A model generated the notes under the pieces. It did no database searches and was not told the origin of the DNA. It saw only the letters and a program-made list of their open reading frames with translations. DNA of 64,000 nucleotides, from the NCBI RefSeq assembly GCF_009914755.1, contig NC_060928.1. The stretch is one strand, 5' to 3'. The stretch is from the human T2T-CHM13v2.0 reference genome, Homo sapiens. Of this stretch, positions 11,061 to 32,285 are shown piece by piece; positions within the stretch are counted from its first letter, which is position 1; every line of letters begins with the position of its first letter. A program made the translations under genes and the position numbers.

Positions 11061-13574
11061 GTTGCTTGCCTAAAGGCCAAACCACCCTTCATTTTCTACC
11101 ATTTTGTCAGTGGCTGAGAAGTTATCAGAGCAGGGGCACTTATTTAGATCAAAGTCAGAGAGTGGTTTTTCCAGAGGGAGGCTGACATGTGCAACTTTGG
11201 TGAATCTTGGCCAGGGGGTTCTAAGGGGCAATCTTATGATAAAAAACAAAGCCTTGAACTCGAAGACAGCTGTGGGAAGGCCTTGCCAGCATTGAATGGC
11301 TGAGGGGAAGAAAAGCATATATTTGATACAGAGACAGTCATTGGCCCCTACCATGCCCCTTCAATTTGGGCAGAGCTGGGCACCACAGGCCTCCAGCACC
11401 ATCAGGCGGGCTGAGTCTGTTGCATTGCGAGGAGTGGTTGGATGCCTGTCTGTGTTGAGGCTGAAGTTAGTTCCGGGGATGTCTTTCAAATTATCCAAGG
11501 CCAAAGCTGCAAAGCAGCCAGCTTCCTGCCAGGTATGAGGAAGGGACAAGCCTGCCCAACTCCCTGGAATCTTGGTTTTGGCAAGGAAAAATATTCCTGA
11601 ATTTGAGACAGAAAAATAGTTCACTTCATGTTTCTGGCATAGATCACCAAGATCTCATAGGAGCATTCACAGTTTGTCTTCTAACCTTGCTGGAGGAGCC
11701 CAGCTCTCTCAAAACAAATTGCTTGCCTAAAGGCCAAACCACCCTTCATTTCATGAGAGAAAAATGTGATGTGCCTTGCTCTGAGCAGTCTGCGGTTCTG
11801 GTTCATAGCAGCCAGGGCTGGGAGTGATGTGTCAGTGGTGTTAACAGTAGTCTTGGGTCTTTAGCGATCTTATGACTATAGAGCATGCAAGAAGTTCATC
11901 ATGGACTCAACTTTTCAAGTCTATCTAAAAGAAAAATCCAAAAGATTTTTCTCCCACTCACCTGAGAGGAAGTAGAACTTTAAAATGGTTTGTTTGGCTA
12001 TTTATGTATTTGCTACTTTATGGTCTTGCCCTTCCTTCTTACAAGTAGGAAATTTTGAAACTTCCCAGCCTCCTTCCCCTGCAAGGATAACTTGTGAAGC
12101 CTATAGAATTAACAGTGGTTCAACTTTATGCTACACAAAACGGGGGTAAGCTGGGCTGGGTGTTCTTCTGCTTGAAGTAGGAAACGATTTCCTTCCATGT
12201 GGTAGGGCAAAAATAGCCAAGTGGAGGCACTAGCACATTTGCTCATGTATAGGTTATGCAGATTTTGAGACTAAAGTTACATCCTGCTTCTGTTTGTGAA
12301 CATACTTTGGCCTAATGTGATTTCATGTGGGGCTATGGGGCTAATCCATAGTGAACACACACCAGGAACTGGTGAAGTTTCTCCACCTAGCTCAGTGGTG
12401 GCTTATTCCAGCTTTTAAATGAAAGACACTTCTGCATCTGGATCCAGGAGGAATCTGTTTATATCATGGGTCAGCTGCCTTTTTTAGCAGGGATGGAGAA
12501 TGGGGCAGGACTGTCACATTAGAAAGGACTAAACCAGGCCTTTTATTTGCATGGCTGGAAGCTCTTGAGATCACAGCCAGTAACAAGATACCAAAGAAAC
12601 CTACTGAAAATCTCTACCTCAACCACCTTTCATGGTGAATCTAAGCTGCTGCAAGCTGTTGTATTTGCTAAGAAGGGTACAAAGTAGGTGCAGTGGCTAC
12701 ATCCCAGGTTCCCTGACCATCTCCTGCAAGCTTGACTCACACAACCACTGCCATCTCACTGTCCCTCTGACAGGTGTAGGAGGACATGTGACACCAAGTG
12801 TGTGGTTGGCCCCTGACCCTCTGGCTCGGCTGCTCTTAGAGCGAGTGGAAAGGGCGACCCCGGGTTGTCAGTTCCTGACCTCATGCCCTGCTCACGGCTA
12901 CTCGTAATTCCTGTGCAAGACACTTGGAATCTTCCTGTTGTGTATGCTAAGCAGAAGTGAGGTGTGATGTTTCTCAATGGATAAAATAGCTCTTTTATTG
13001 AAGTAATTTATGAAAACACTGATTTTTGGTGTACTTTGGGAGTAAGACACTGTCATCTGAGAGTGTGTTGTCTACACGTTTCTATCGATGTTTTTCGGAT
13101 GTTCATGTTGTCTCTTAGCTCTCCTGCTTTCTCCCACAGATCTAATGGTATTTCTTAAATGACAGCATCTCAGGGACTTGATTGGTTATATTTCAGTAAG
13201 AAACAGTATGTCAGGGAGGAAAATCTTAATTTCTGGAGGCAATGCATCTTAAACCAGCCCTCAGTTACTGTACATGGACCAAGCACAGCCCATCCAGCCG
13301 CATCTACTCACTGTGCAGACGCACTGCTCCCTCTGTTGTGGTTCCCTTATTTCCAGCCCCAAAACACCTCTACTTTCACTTAGCTGGCTTTTTCTTAGCT
13401 GGCTTACATTTATGTAAAGTAATAGCCTTTTTAAGGAGTTAGTTAAAATTGAATAAGTAAATATTGAATAAACTGTAAATGTTATTACTGAACAGATTCT
13501 GTCATTAAGAAGCCCATGTGTTGATGCCAGCCTTATTTGTTTCATGAAGTATTGTTTCTTTTAATATTTATTTT

Positions 13575-13889
<315 letters not shown>

Positions 13890-14449
13890 AACTTATGTTT
13901 CAATTAATTTTCGTTAGTCGTAAGTTTTTAAAACAATAAAGGTAGTGGAGATACTGACTTTTTTTTCTTTTAGGTTTCAAGAGGAGCTTTGCTTTAGGCT
14001 TGTTAAGCATAGGGTGGTTGAAGTATCATTTGTGTGGCACGACTTAGGTATTGGTATTTTCTTTTACCATTGTTCACTTAAGAAGTTTTCAAAGAGTAAT
14101 ATTCACAAGTTAATGAGGACATTAACAAACAAACAGTGAAGATGTTCATCAGTTAATTAATTTATCAGCAACTTGGGTATTTCTTTGATTCTAAAATGTA
14201 CTTTCCCTCCCCCACATTTCACCGTCGTCTATTTATTTTCTTAATGATGGATCTCAGATGAAGTGGTACATAAAGTTCCTTGCTAGGCATTTGTAAGATT
14301 CAGGTCTAGGTCATTTGTGTGAGTCTCAGTAAGAAAGAGGAGAGATCTGGCCAAAGAAAGCTCATTTTCCTGTTTTCAGTCAGGAGGATCTCTCACATTG
14401 GTTATTGATCAAAAACTAGGACTGAATCAGAGTTTGACATTTTCTTTCT

Positions 14450-15717
14450 TTGTGAATCATTATTTTATTAATGATGATGTTTAAAATTTAGGAGCAAAAC
14501 AGGCATTTCCAACAATTCAATTACAGATGCCATTTTATTCAGCTTTTTCTGTCAAACTGAATTGTTCATTCCAAATCCTTGCTTTTAGAGAAGAGCTGAG
14601 TGTGTAGGAAAAAAAGAGGGACCACTTGAAGTCTGTTGCAAGAGAAATAGAGATCAAAGTTCACAACATACAAAGAATTTATTTATGCAATACAGGCCTT
14701 TTCTCAAATATTTTTCACAGAATTCCACACAGTAATCTACTAGAAAAGTAGAATTATACACCACCAAATAACATTGTTTCGTTTCTTAGTACAAATTGCT
14801 AATCAAAAGGAAGGTGGAGATGATAGTTTAATAACAAATAGTAAAACAGGTGTTGCTGAATACAGCACCCGGTAGCCTCTATTTGCAAACCCGGGGAGGG
14901 AAGGGGGTGCCCCAACAACAGTGGCTCCGCCTCATTGTCCAGGCACAGGCAAACCGCAGTAGTGAGCTTTGGTACTTGCATTTACTTTAAAAGAAAAACA
15001 AATGTTGTGAGCTCAAGAGCATTTCCATCATTTCGTTTTGTTGTGCTATGAAGATGACAGATCAGGAAAAAATGGTAACTATTTCACACTTGCTATAAAT
15101 TAGATTCCTTGTGCTAACCACACAATAAAATAGCCTCCCCCAAACCATACTTTTCTAGGTCTAAAACATGCTTGAAGAACAATATTGATAGACAGACTTA
15201 ATTGAGATGTTTTAAATTACATTTACCATAATTTAAACATTACTATTTAAATCCCAGAAATATTAGTGCTGAAGAAGCACAGTTGTTTGGAAAAATACAG
15301 GACCCAAATTACAGCATCAAATTTTCCTATTCCAATATTGTAACCCACTTCCCCACTGTGAAAATCCTATTTCTCAAGCTTGTAGATGCATGGGAAATGT
15401 TCTTCATAATATTATAGCTGGAATAAGTGGTTTACTTGCTCCACTGTATGTTTCCATAATTGGTGAAAATAGACTTCTCATTATGACTAAAAATATAGAT
15501 TTTTTAAAACTACAGAACCCAGCAGCCAGTTTTCTGCTTTGCTAATCCCCCCCAAAAAAGTCAAGCAAAGACTACAAAAATAGCAATTATTAATAACTTT
15601 AAAAAATATTTTGCTTCTTTGAGCAAATTTAAGTTACATTCAGATGTGGTAGAAGAGAATGATGCTCCAGGTACTTCTGCTCATCCTAGGGGCAGAGTTG
15701 ATGTACAGCTGTCACCA
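14450..15717 (-). other. LRBA: LRBA 3' UTR with several AATAAA signals
   Basis: Lies downstream of the LRBA stop. TTTATT (AATAAA on the - strand) occurs at 14678-14683, 14534-14539 and 14464-14469. The exact end is uncertain. Confidence 0.7.
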
Positions 15718-15808
15718 TCAGTAGCGGGTTTGGTATTCATGATGCCACCGGTTAAAGTCGTTGTAAAATAGCACAATGCTTCCTGAAGCCATGCCAGAAA
15801 TGATGCAC
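15718..15808 (-). CDS. LRBA: LRBA terminal coding exon (R)CIISGMASGSIVLFYNDFNRWHHEYQTRY*
   Basis: Acceptor ttctcctag|G TGC ATC; 91 nt to TGA; characteristic LRBA/neurobeachin C-terminus. Confidence 0.96.
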
Positions 15809-17575
15809 CTAGGAGAAGCACAGAGAGAAGGACTTTTACAAACCTGTGTGTCCTAGAGATGTTACTAAAAACTGCTCTCCCCAAATCCACAAGGTAAATA
15901 TAGAAGCTGGCAGTGAAGGCTCCAATTTGTGGGAACTAAGGTATGTATTTCATGACTAAAATGTATCCCTGAGTAAGCTCAGAGTACTGCCTCTGACACT
16001 CCACAAGGATCCAAGCCACAGCTTGCTTTTTCATTGAAAGGGTACGGACAGCTGGTATGTGCAGGATGAGTAACTAAAATCTGAACAGATTTGGTAATTT
16101 CTAAAGGGGGACTGGGCTGGCAAGACCCATCCATTATATAAGCAACAGACTCAAAAGAAGGAACCACAATCTCAAAGTAACTGCTGGTGGAAAGAAGCAG
16201 CACACACTCAAGTGACAAGAGACACCACCTCTGACAGGTACAGAATCAATGAAGAGTGAAAAAGAAGAGTGTTGTTGACCATAATTTAAGCTGGTCTCCC
16301 CTCTGTGGAGAAGTAGTCTATGTCCATCATGCTCTGGGTGAGGACCTAGTCCTCGTAACACAGTAACTCACCGAAATCACTGAAGATAAGAACTTCTGCA
16401 AGCTTCTTGGTCTCCTGTCCCCAAAGAGGTGGTGCAGGGAAAGAGATGGAGAACATAGGTGAACCTAAACTGAGCATAGCCAGATTTTTCTCTGTGTAGT
16501 TTGGTTAGGACCAGCCCTTAGAAGCCATATTCAGTATCCTTCCTAGTACCTCGTATCAAAATTAATTAGGAACTAAAATGTGTCACTACAAAAAAAATCA
16601 ACTAAAAACAAAGGAAGACAGTAAGGAGGAAATGAGAGACAAAACTCTAAGGCAGAGAGAAAATTAAATAGAAAAGTGGCAAAAGTCAGTCTTTCCTTAT
16701 CAGTCATTAAAGAGATTAAATTCTCCAGCCAAAAGGAAGAGATTGGCAGAATGGATAAAAAACATGATCCAACTATATGCTGTCTACAGGAGACCCACTT
16801 GAGATCTAAAGACAAACATCTTGAAAGTGAAAGGATGGAAAAGATATTCCGTGTAAGTACTAGCAAAGAGAGCTGAGGTGGCTTACACTAATATCAGACA
16901 AAATAGTCTTTCAGTCAAAAACTGTTACAAGAGACAAAGGACACTACACTGAGAAAAGGGTAAATTCACAGAAATATAACAATTATATATGCATTTATCA
17001 TCAGACCCCCAAGATACAAAGAGCAAATATTAACATAATTGAAGGGAGAAATGGTTCTACAGTAATAGTTTTAGACGTCAATACCCCACTTTCAATAATG
17101 GGTGGAACAACCAGGTGGAAGATAAGGAAACAGGACACTTGAACAATACGATAAGCCAACTGGACCTGACACACGTATATAGAACACCTTCCCAACAACA
17201 ATAGAATATACATTTTTTTGCAGTGCGCATGGAATAGTCTCCAAGATAAACCATATGTTAGGCCACAAGTGTTAATGACTTAGTAAAGATTAAAATCACA
17301 AAGTAGCTTTTCTGATCATAATAGAATGAAACTAGGTACCAATAACTGAAGGTAAACTAGAAAATTCACAAATATGTGGAAAGTAAATAAATGATGAGTC
17401 AAAAAAAACAAACAACAACATAAGAGACATCAGAAAATACTGAGACAAATGAAAAGGAAATACAACAAGCCAAAACTTATGAAATGCAGCAAAAGCAATG
17501 CTAAAGTGGAAATTTTTAGCTGTAAACACATAGATTTAAAAATATCTCAAATCAATAACCTAACTTTACCTCTTA

Positions 17576-18052
<477 letters not shown>

Positions 18053-19096
18053 TCAAATTACTAAAATCAGAAATAAAAGTTGGGACATTACTGATTTGGC
18101 AGAAACTGAGTTCAGAGAGACTATTAGAAACAACTGTATACCAACAAATAGGGCAACCTAGATGAAATAGACAAATTCCTGAAAACAGTATACCAAAACT
18201 GAATGAAGAAATAGAAATGATTAGACTTATGACAAGTGAAGAGATTGAATCAGTAATCAAAAACCTCCCAATAAGAAAAGTCCTAGACAAGATGGCTTCA
18301 CTGATGAATTCTACCAAACATTTAAAGAAGTATTAACACCAATCCTTCTCAATTTCTTCTTCCAAAAAATTAAAGAATCCAGAACACTTCCTAAGTGATT
18401 CAATAAGGCCAGTATTACCATGACACCAAAGCCAGTTGAAGACATTACAACAAAAGAACACACAGACCAGGATACAAAATACTAGCAAACTGAATTCACT
18501 AGCATGGTAGTGGGAATGTACACCATGACCCAGTGGGATTCATTCTGGGAATGCAAGGATGACTCACCATGCAAAAGTCAACCAACATATAACATACTAC
18601 ATTAACAGAACAAACAACAAAACAAGCCCACATGATCATCTCAACTGATGCTGGAAAATTTGACATGTGACAAAATTCATCATCCTTTTATTATGAAAAC
18701 AATAGGAGTAGAAGGAAACTACCTCAAATGATAAACAGCATGTATGAATAACTCACAGCTAACACCACACTCGATGAAAAAAAGTTTTTCCCCTATGATT
18801 GGGAACAAGGCAAGGATGCCCACTTTAATCACTCTTATCCAACAGTACTGAAAGTCCTAGACAGAGCAATTACACAAGAAAAAAGTATCCAAATTGGAAA
18901 GGAGGAGTGAAACTGTCTCTGTTTACAGATGACATGATCTTGTATGTAGGAAATCCTAAAAATTCCACACCAAAACAAAACAAAAACTTAAGAGCTAATA
19001 AATGAATTCAGCAAATTTGCAGGATATACAACACGAAAATCAGTTGCATTTTTATACACTAACAAACAATGAGCAGTCCAAAAGGAAAATTAAGAA

Positions 19097-19151
19097 TTGC
19101 AGTGAGCCGAGATCATGCCATTGCACTCCAGCCTGGGTGACAGAGCGAAAC
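19097..19151 (+). mobile_element. Alu right-arm fragment without tail
   Basis: ttgcagtgagccgagatcatgccattgcactccagcctgggtgacagagcgaaac embedded in L1 ORF2. Confidence 0.85.
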
Positions 19152-19640
19152 AGAAACCCCTAACAGCCAAAACAATCTTGAAAAAGAAGAAATATGTTAG
19201 CAGTTGCACATTTTCTGATTTGAAAACTTACTTACTGTTGTTACAATGCGACAGTAATCAAAACATTGTCACACTGATATAGGCAGACCAACAGAAGAGA
19301 AAGTTGAGAAATAATCCCTCACATATGTGCTCAAATAGGGTGCCAAGACCTTTCAACGGAGAAAGCACCTTCTTTTCAACAAATTATGCTGGGAAAATAG
19401 GATGTCCACATGCAAAACAATGAAGGTGGACTCTTACCTACCATTATATTAAAAAACTAAAAACAGATCAAAAACCTAAATACAAATTAAAACTATAAAA
19501 CTTTTAGATGAAAACATATGGGAAAACCTTCATGACCTTGGATTTTGCAGTGGCTTCTTGGATATGATATCAAAACAAAAGAGACAAGATAACAAAACAA
19601 ACTCATAACAAAAAATAGGACTTCATAAAACGTAAAATCA

Positions 19641-19937
19641 GGGCTAGGTATAGTGGCTTATGGCTATAATCCCATCCCTTTGGGTGGCTGAGTCAGCAGG
19701 ATTGTTTGTTTGAGCCCAGGAGTTTAAGACCAGCCTGGGCAACATAGTGAGACCCTGTCTCTACAGAAAATAAAAAAGCTGGGCATGGTGGCACATGCCT
19801 GGAGTACCAGCTACCATGTAGCTGAGGCGGGAGAATCATTTGAGCCCAGGAGGTTGAGGCTTCAGTGAGCTGTGATTGTGCCACTGCACTCCAGTCTGGG
19901 CAAAAGAGTGAGACCCTGTCTCAAAAAACAAACAAAA
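19641..19937 (+). mobile_element. AluJ
   Basis: Diverged Alu with the J-type features tttgagcccaggagtt and gggcaacatagtgagaccctgtctc. Confidence 0.88.
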
Positions 19938-20891
19938 AGTAAAATCTTTTGAGCATCTAAGGATATTAGGAAGAGAGTGAAAAGACAACATCACTGATCA
20001 TTAGGGAAATCAAAACCACAATGAGAGACCACGCCTGTTAGGACAACTGTTAAAAAATAGAGCAAGGTGTTGATAAGGATGTGGAGAAATTGGAACCCAT
20101 GTAAAATGGTACAGCCACTGTGGAAAACACTTTAGGGTTTCCTCAAAAAGTCAAACGGAATTGCCATATAACCCAGCAATTCCACTCCTGGGCATACACC
20201 CAAAAGGACTGTAAAAAGGGACTTGAATAGATATTTGTATGATAATGTTCATAGCAGCATTACTCACCATAGCCAAAAGGTAGAAACAACCCAAGTGTCC
20301 ATCATCAACAGGTGAACGATAAACAGAACACAGAATATTCATATAATATTCTGATACGTGCTACGACATGCAAGAACCTTGAAAGTGTTATGCCAAGTGA
20401 AATAAGCCAGGCACAACACAACAAATATTGTATGATTCCACTTAACAGAAGGTGCTTAGAAGAGGCAAATTCATAGAGACAGAAAGTAGCATGCACATGA
20501 GCTGGTGGGAGAGAGAGTCATTAACATGCAGAGCTTCTGTTTATGATGAAAAGGGTCTGGAAATGGATGATGGTGATGGTGGCACAACACTGTAAATGTA
20601 CATAATGCCACTAAATTATATATCGAAAAGAGTTTAGATGGAAAATATTATATGTTGCCACAATTTTTTTTAAAAGGAACAAAAATGAGTGACTATACGT
20701 TAAGAGGAAATAAGGTGCCAGATAAAGATGATCCCCCCAAAATCTACCACTTGAGAGCTTTTAGGAAATAAGCCCTATCTTTCAGGGGACTCTCCATATG
20801 CAGAGATATGCAGAGATAAAGGCATTTTACATTAAACATCTTTACAGCTCTTTCAATTTTATTTACTGATAAAGATGATGATACTTCTTCA

Positions 20892-27263
<6,372 letters not shown>

Positions 27264-27504
27264 GATACTTCAAAGAAATATAAAAAGCTTTGCATCACTG
27301 TAATCAGAGCCTTTGCTACTTAAATTCTGTCTATTCCTTGAGAACTCAGCCTTTGTCCAAGAGTGGCAATGTCATCAGAAAGAAAATCACACTTTTTAAA
27401 AAAGTGTTCTTGGTTTGATTGTACAGGTGACCCCCACAACTCAACTCCATCAGCCCATTTAAATAAATTCCCTCTGCAGGTTTTACTATACAATTTTGAA
27501 AAAA

Positions 27505-27636
27505 AAAATTTTTTTTTCTGTAGAGACAGGGTCTTGCAATGTTGCCCAGGCTGGCTTCGAACTCCTGGGCTCAAGTGATTCTCCTGCCTCAGCCTCCCAA
27601 AGTACTGGGATTACAGGTGTAAGCCAACACGACCAG
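27505..27636 (-). mobile_element. Alu monomer (FLAM-like)
   Basis: T-tract followed by tgtagagacagggtcttgcaatgttgcccaggctgg...gggattacaggtgtaagcc. Confidence 0.8.
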
Positions 27637-27689
27637 TCCCCTCTGCAGTTTTTGAAACCCCTATTTGTAGCCCATGATTCCAGTGTTAC

Positions 27690-27841
27690 CTCTGGTCGTA
27701 AGACAGCGCCATGGCCCGGATTCCAGCGTCACATCCTGGATAGGCAAAGAGCTGCTTGAGGTCCGACACCTGCCGGACCACGACCACTCCTCTGTCTCCT
27801 CCTGTGAGCAGGTACTGCCCATCTCGGCTCAGCTGGATGGC
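27690..27841 (-). CDS. LRBA: LRBA penultimate coding exon [50 protein letters not shown](R)
   Basis: tctcacag|GCC ... CAGAG|gtaaca; 152 nt, phase 0 to phase 2; WD40 repeat. Confidence 0.96.
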
Positions 27842-28534
27842 CTGTGAGACACAGCAACATTCAGTAGAAATGTGGTTCTAGGAAACTTTCGGCCCCCACC
27901 CTGTTTTTGAGTCATTCTTACACCAGCTACTACGGTGCAGAGAGAAGAGAGAGAGATCCTCAGGAGTTTTTAGAAAATCGTGAGTTGTAGAAGATCTGCC
28001 ATTTTTCAAAAACCAAATGGACAAAGTTCATCAATGCTTGAGATTGTTTTGGCTTTGCTTTTTTAAATACTAGGTAGCAAACTCTTCCAGTTCTACAAAT
28101 GCTACTGGAATGGTGTGTGTTGTGGACTGGGACCAGTGCTCTAATGAGAAGCCCTGGCATCTCTTCATTTGCACTGCAGACGTGCTAATAAGCCTGTTTT
28201 GTCCCAAGACTTGGCAGATGGTGCCACCTGACCTTACATCCCCTCTAATCCCCTGCAACTCCAGCTGGAGGGAGGCGGCCAGCAGCCTCGGCACCTTCCC
28301 TGAGCCGCTGGATTTTGACAGCAGTTGGGAAGAAGACTTTGTAGAGAGCTACAACAACTTCCAGGGTGATTAAATCTCAGTTCAGCATTTTCTTGCTCCA
28401 GGGCTGACAGTGCTCCAGCCTGTGGTTTAGTCAGCTCTAGGCTGTGCCCCTCTGTCCTTTCCTACTAGCGCTGAACAGACAGTACAGGCTCAGAATTTGC
28501 TCTTTGATCCTGTAAAATGGGCATCCATGAATGA

Positions 28535-29105
28535 AAGCCTGCGGGCCAAGTGCAGCCCACTGCCTGTTTCATATAATTGTTTAACATTTTTTAATGCTTG
28601 AATTTTTCATGACACATGAATATTTATATGAATTCCAAATTTGAATCCCCATAAACAGGTTTTTTTTTTTCCCCCCTCGAGACAGGGTCTTGCTCTGTCA
28701 CCCAGGCTGGAGTGCAGTGGCGCAGTCTCAGCTCACTACAATCTCCACCTCTCAGGTTCAAGTGATTCTCATACCTCAACCTCCTGAGCAGTTGGGATTA
28801 CAGGTGCCCACCACAACACCCGTCTAACTTTTGTATTTTTAGTAGAGACGGGGTTTCACCATGTTGGTCAGGCTGGTCTTGAACTCCTGACCTCAAGTGA
28901 TCCACCCGCTCGGACTCCCAAAGTGCTGGGATTACAGGCGAGAACCACTGCGCCTGGCCTTCCATAAATAAGGTTTTACCAGAACATCGCCACACCTATT
29001 ATTTGTTTATGACTGCTTTCACAGGTAGTTGCAGCAGAGAATGCAGAACCCTCAAAGCTGAAAATATTTACTTTCTGTCCATTTATAGAAAAAGTGTGAT
29101 TACTC
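28535..29105. mobile_element. MER58-like hAT fossil split by an Alu
   Basis: gcgggccaagtgcagcccactgcctg ... aaaatatttactttctgtccatttatagaaaaagt. Confidence 0.6.
28659..28958 (-). mobile_element. Alu (S family)
   Basis: Reverse-complement Alu flanked by the degenerate TSD cataaacaggtt / cataaataaggtt. Confidence 0.9.
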
Positions 29106-32100
29106 CTAATTGTCCCTCCCTCCTCCAAAAGCCAATCCTATTACCCCTTCCTCTCCTCCTGCCTGGTACCTCCAAGCCTTGTTTTCTTAGCTTATTAAGA
29201 TACAAATTTCCTTTCTTTAGTGGATGGCATCAGAGTTTTAAAGCCACTACAAACACCTGTAATCGCATGTCCACCTGGACACAGGGGAATACAGATTGTG
29301 CTGGCAAGCCAGAAAGAAAAAAACCTAATTTCTGATACATTGACACTGTTCTACATTCAGTTCTAGCATAGCTGCCTTAAGTCTTCACTGTTTGACATAT
29401 CTTTTAAAAAATCATAGAAAGGCAAAGACTTTCTTAGCCATTTATTTCACATTCACCCAAATGCCAACTTTTAGTAGTCCCTTAAATACAGCTTATTCTC
29501 AAGAACACAAAAACACATCTAGGAAATAAAAACCCATGTGTGGAAGACAGTTAGTTACATATTCTCTAAGTTTTGTTAACACAGATATTAAGATATTTTC
29601 AAGATGAGCAAAAATCAGTATCCTTTTCCCCCACTCATTTCACAAATGGCAATCTCTAGGGGTGTCTGGGAACTGCAGTGGAGACTAGGACAAACAATTA
29701 TTTGCTACACTTATAAAATTCAGCTGATGAAAATCCATTAACCTTATGGTTGTAGTTCACTTGAATTTGATACTTGAAGCTTTTTACTGGATAAGTGTTA
29801 TACTAAAACAAAACCACTGATCTTTAATTCTTTGTTCTAGTAAAGAATCTCTAATCCTGCTTCCATCTGAAATTAAGTAAAACCTGGGCTTTAGGGACTA
29901 TACAGTCATCAGCATTCAAAACATTTTAATGAATCAGATGCCTCCCAAGGTGAAAAAAGATTTCGCTGGCCTCTTTCAGGAGAGGCCAAATTCCTCTGGC
30001 GGCAAGAGCCAGGGTAACATTTAGCAAGCAGCACCTGATCTCCCACTCAAATTCTGACAGGCCGCCTCCGCATCCAGGTTGGGTTGTGACTAGAGGTTTT
30101 CAGAGGGCCCCAGACACATGTTAATCTCATCCCCTGAAATCCTGAGTGCTCTGGACAATGCCGTGGCTGCACGGGTTTTAAGGAGGTAGTAGCAGGCCAC
30201 AGCAATCTGCTGGGGATGACCACATTCTAAAACAGCCTCAGGAAGGGAAAACAAATGCATTCCCCTGGGTGAATGGTGGTTCTCCCTTGTTTAGGACAAA
30301 ATAACTTTGCTGCTCTGTGCAGGCTGCCTCCTTAAATATCAGCTATTCATAAAGACATCTCAACACTGTCTAGTTGATGGACTGTGATATGCTGCTAACC
30401 AAAATGCCACAGAGCAATCTGGCATCTAAAATAAAAATAGGTGGGAAGTGCAGAGCTTCCCCAGGCTGCCTGCCTGCAGGGTTCTTGGTATTTCACAGAA
30501 ACTTAATTTCTGGTCTGAGCTGATGACTAATTTGTTTCCATGGTGTCCATTCCTTATATGGGCTCAGATTGAGGAAGGAGCTGGAGATTCTGCCCTGTGG
30601 TGTCTTGGATTCCCAGCCTGTGGCTTCCTTCCTCGCCTCCCGAGGTAGTGAGCTGTGAAAGTATCAGTCTCTGGAGCTGTGGGCAGGTATTGCTCATTTT
30701 AGGCAAGCTCGCTTTAATCACACAGTTGCCACTTGCAAGTTAGCATGATAAAGTGCAGGAGTGCTGGGAAAAAGGCAATGGATTGTTTAAGCCTAAAATC
30801 CAGTGGGAAATATTAAAGAGGGAAAAAGCAATGGCTACAGGGCAGAGAGGAGAAGCATGTGTGTATGAATGGTCTGCAGAAAGCCTCCCACTGCTGCCTC
30901 AAGGAACTTCCCAGAGCCCCTGGTACTAACTGAAATGCCACAGAAATTGCTTCAGTCAGCCAGGGATCTCAAATTATTTTACAGATTTATTAGCGTAGCT
31001 GACAATATAATCGCAACTCAAAGTGACAGATTATCCACATTATTATTGTAAAGAAAAGAGGAAAAGAAAATCCTCTGATGTGTACTTGGTTTAAATGCAG
31101 CATTATGGGAAGGTAGGGAAAAATAAAAGCGAGTACGAGTGTGTCTCTGTGCGTGCCTCGTGGAGGCCGGCAGAATGTGATGGAGAGACCGCAGAGAACA
31201 GTGGAGACAAGAAGGAAGCCGTCCACTGAATCAAGAAATGAATCCCAGGAGACAGAGCAGCAAGGGTCCTTCATTTCCTCAATGTAACCTATATGTAGGA
31301 GCTTTGTTCCCTGAGACCAGTATTTACTTAGGAGAAGGGGGTGATCAGACTAGATCTGGGAAAGTGGGAGAATTTATGACATCTAAGCTGCATAGGTCAG
31401 AATAGCAATGAGTGAAATATCCAGAGCTAGCCCAACGCCAGGGTAGAAGCCCCTGTGACCCTACTCCTGCCCCCAACATGTCCTGGGTCCCCTCATTGTA
31501 TACAGCTCACATGCCCCGCCCTCCAGCCTGATTCTGGAAAATGAGGACCACCCCAGCTTTATTTTACTTTAACCTTCACCAAGGAGTTTGGAGGTAAGAA
31601 ACAAAGGACCTTGAGAAACTAGCCTCTGAAAAGAACAGTTCTTACTCTTTTTCTCAATGTCTAATACTTGTGGAGTCCTGTCCTGGAGATGAAGCAAGAG
31701 CCCAGAAGGTCCACTGGCGGTGCCATTTCGGGTAGACCCAGTGGGAGAAAATGCCTGCCTAATTCATATCATAATTTGAAGCCCAGCTTCTTTAACATGT
31801 TTTTGGTCTTGTTGTCCATAAAGAAGTCATAGCTGAAATTAATAAACCTAAATAGTCATAATCCTTACTGCTCCCACCACCAAGCTATTCAGATGTAAAG
31901 AGAATCCAGTTTTAAGTGTCATCTAATGTACTATTTCAGCTTTCATACTCAGAAAACAATGTGCAGTGCATTTTCTTAGAAAAAAAGAAATGAGCAGTGC
32001 CACTAAAAGCCACCCAGGATGGCTTCAGAAGCCCCTAAGAAAACCTCTTCTATTGAAGGACCGTCCTCAGCTGCGCTGAGTGACGTGGTCAGCACAGCTG

Positions 32101-32285
32101 GCACTGCTGTGGTGTGTGAAGTGTGTGAGCCTTGTCTGAGTGCTACCTAAAGATTTTTTGTTGGTATGGAAAAGAGGCCCTCGGCAATCCAAAAATAGAG
32201 GTTTCTTTCGCGAACCCTCTCCCTCCCCACTTGACACACGTTGAGGTAAAAGTCGTGAATGCTGAAGAGTCCCCAGGGCACTCAC

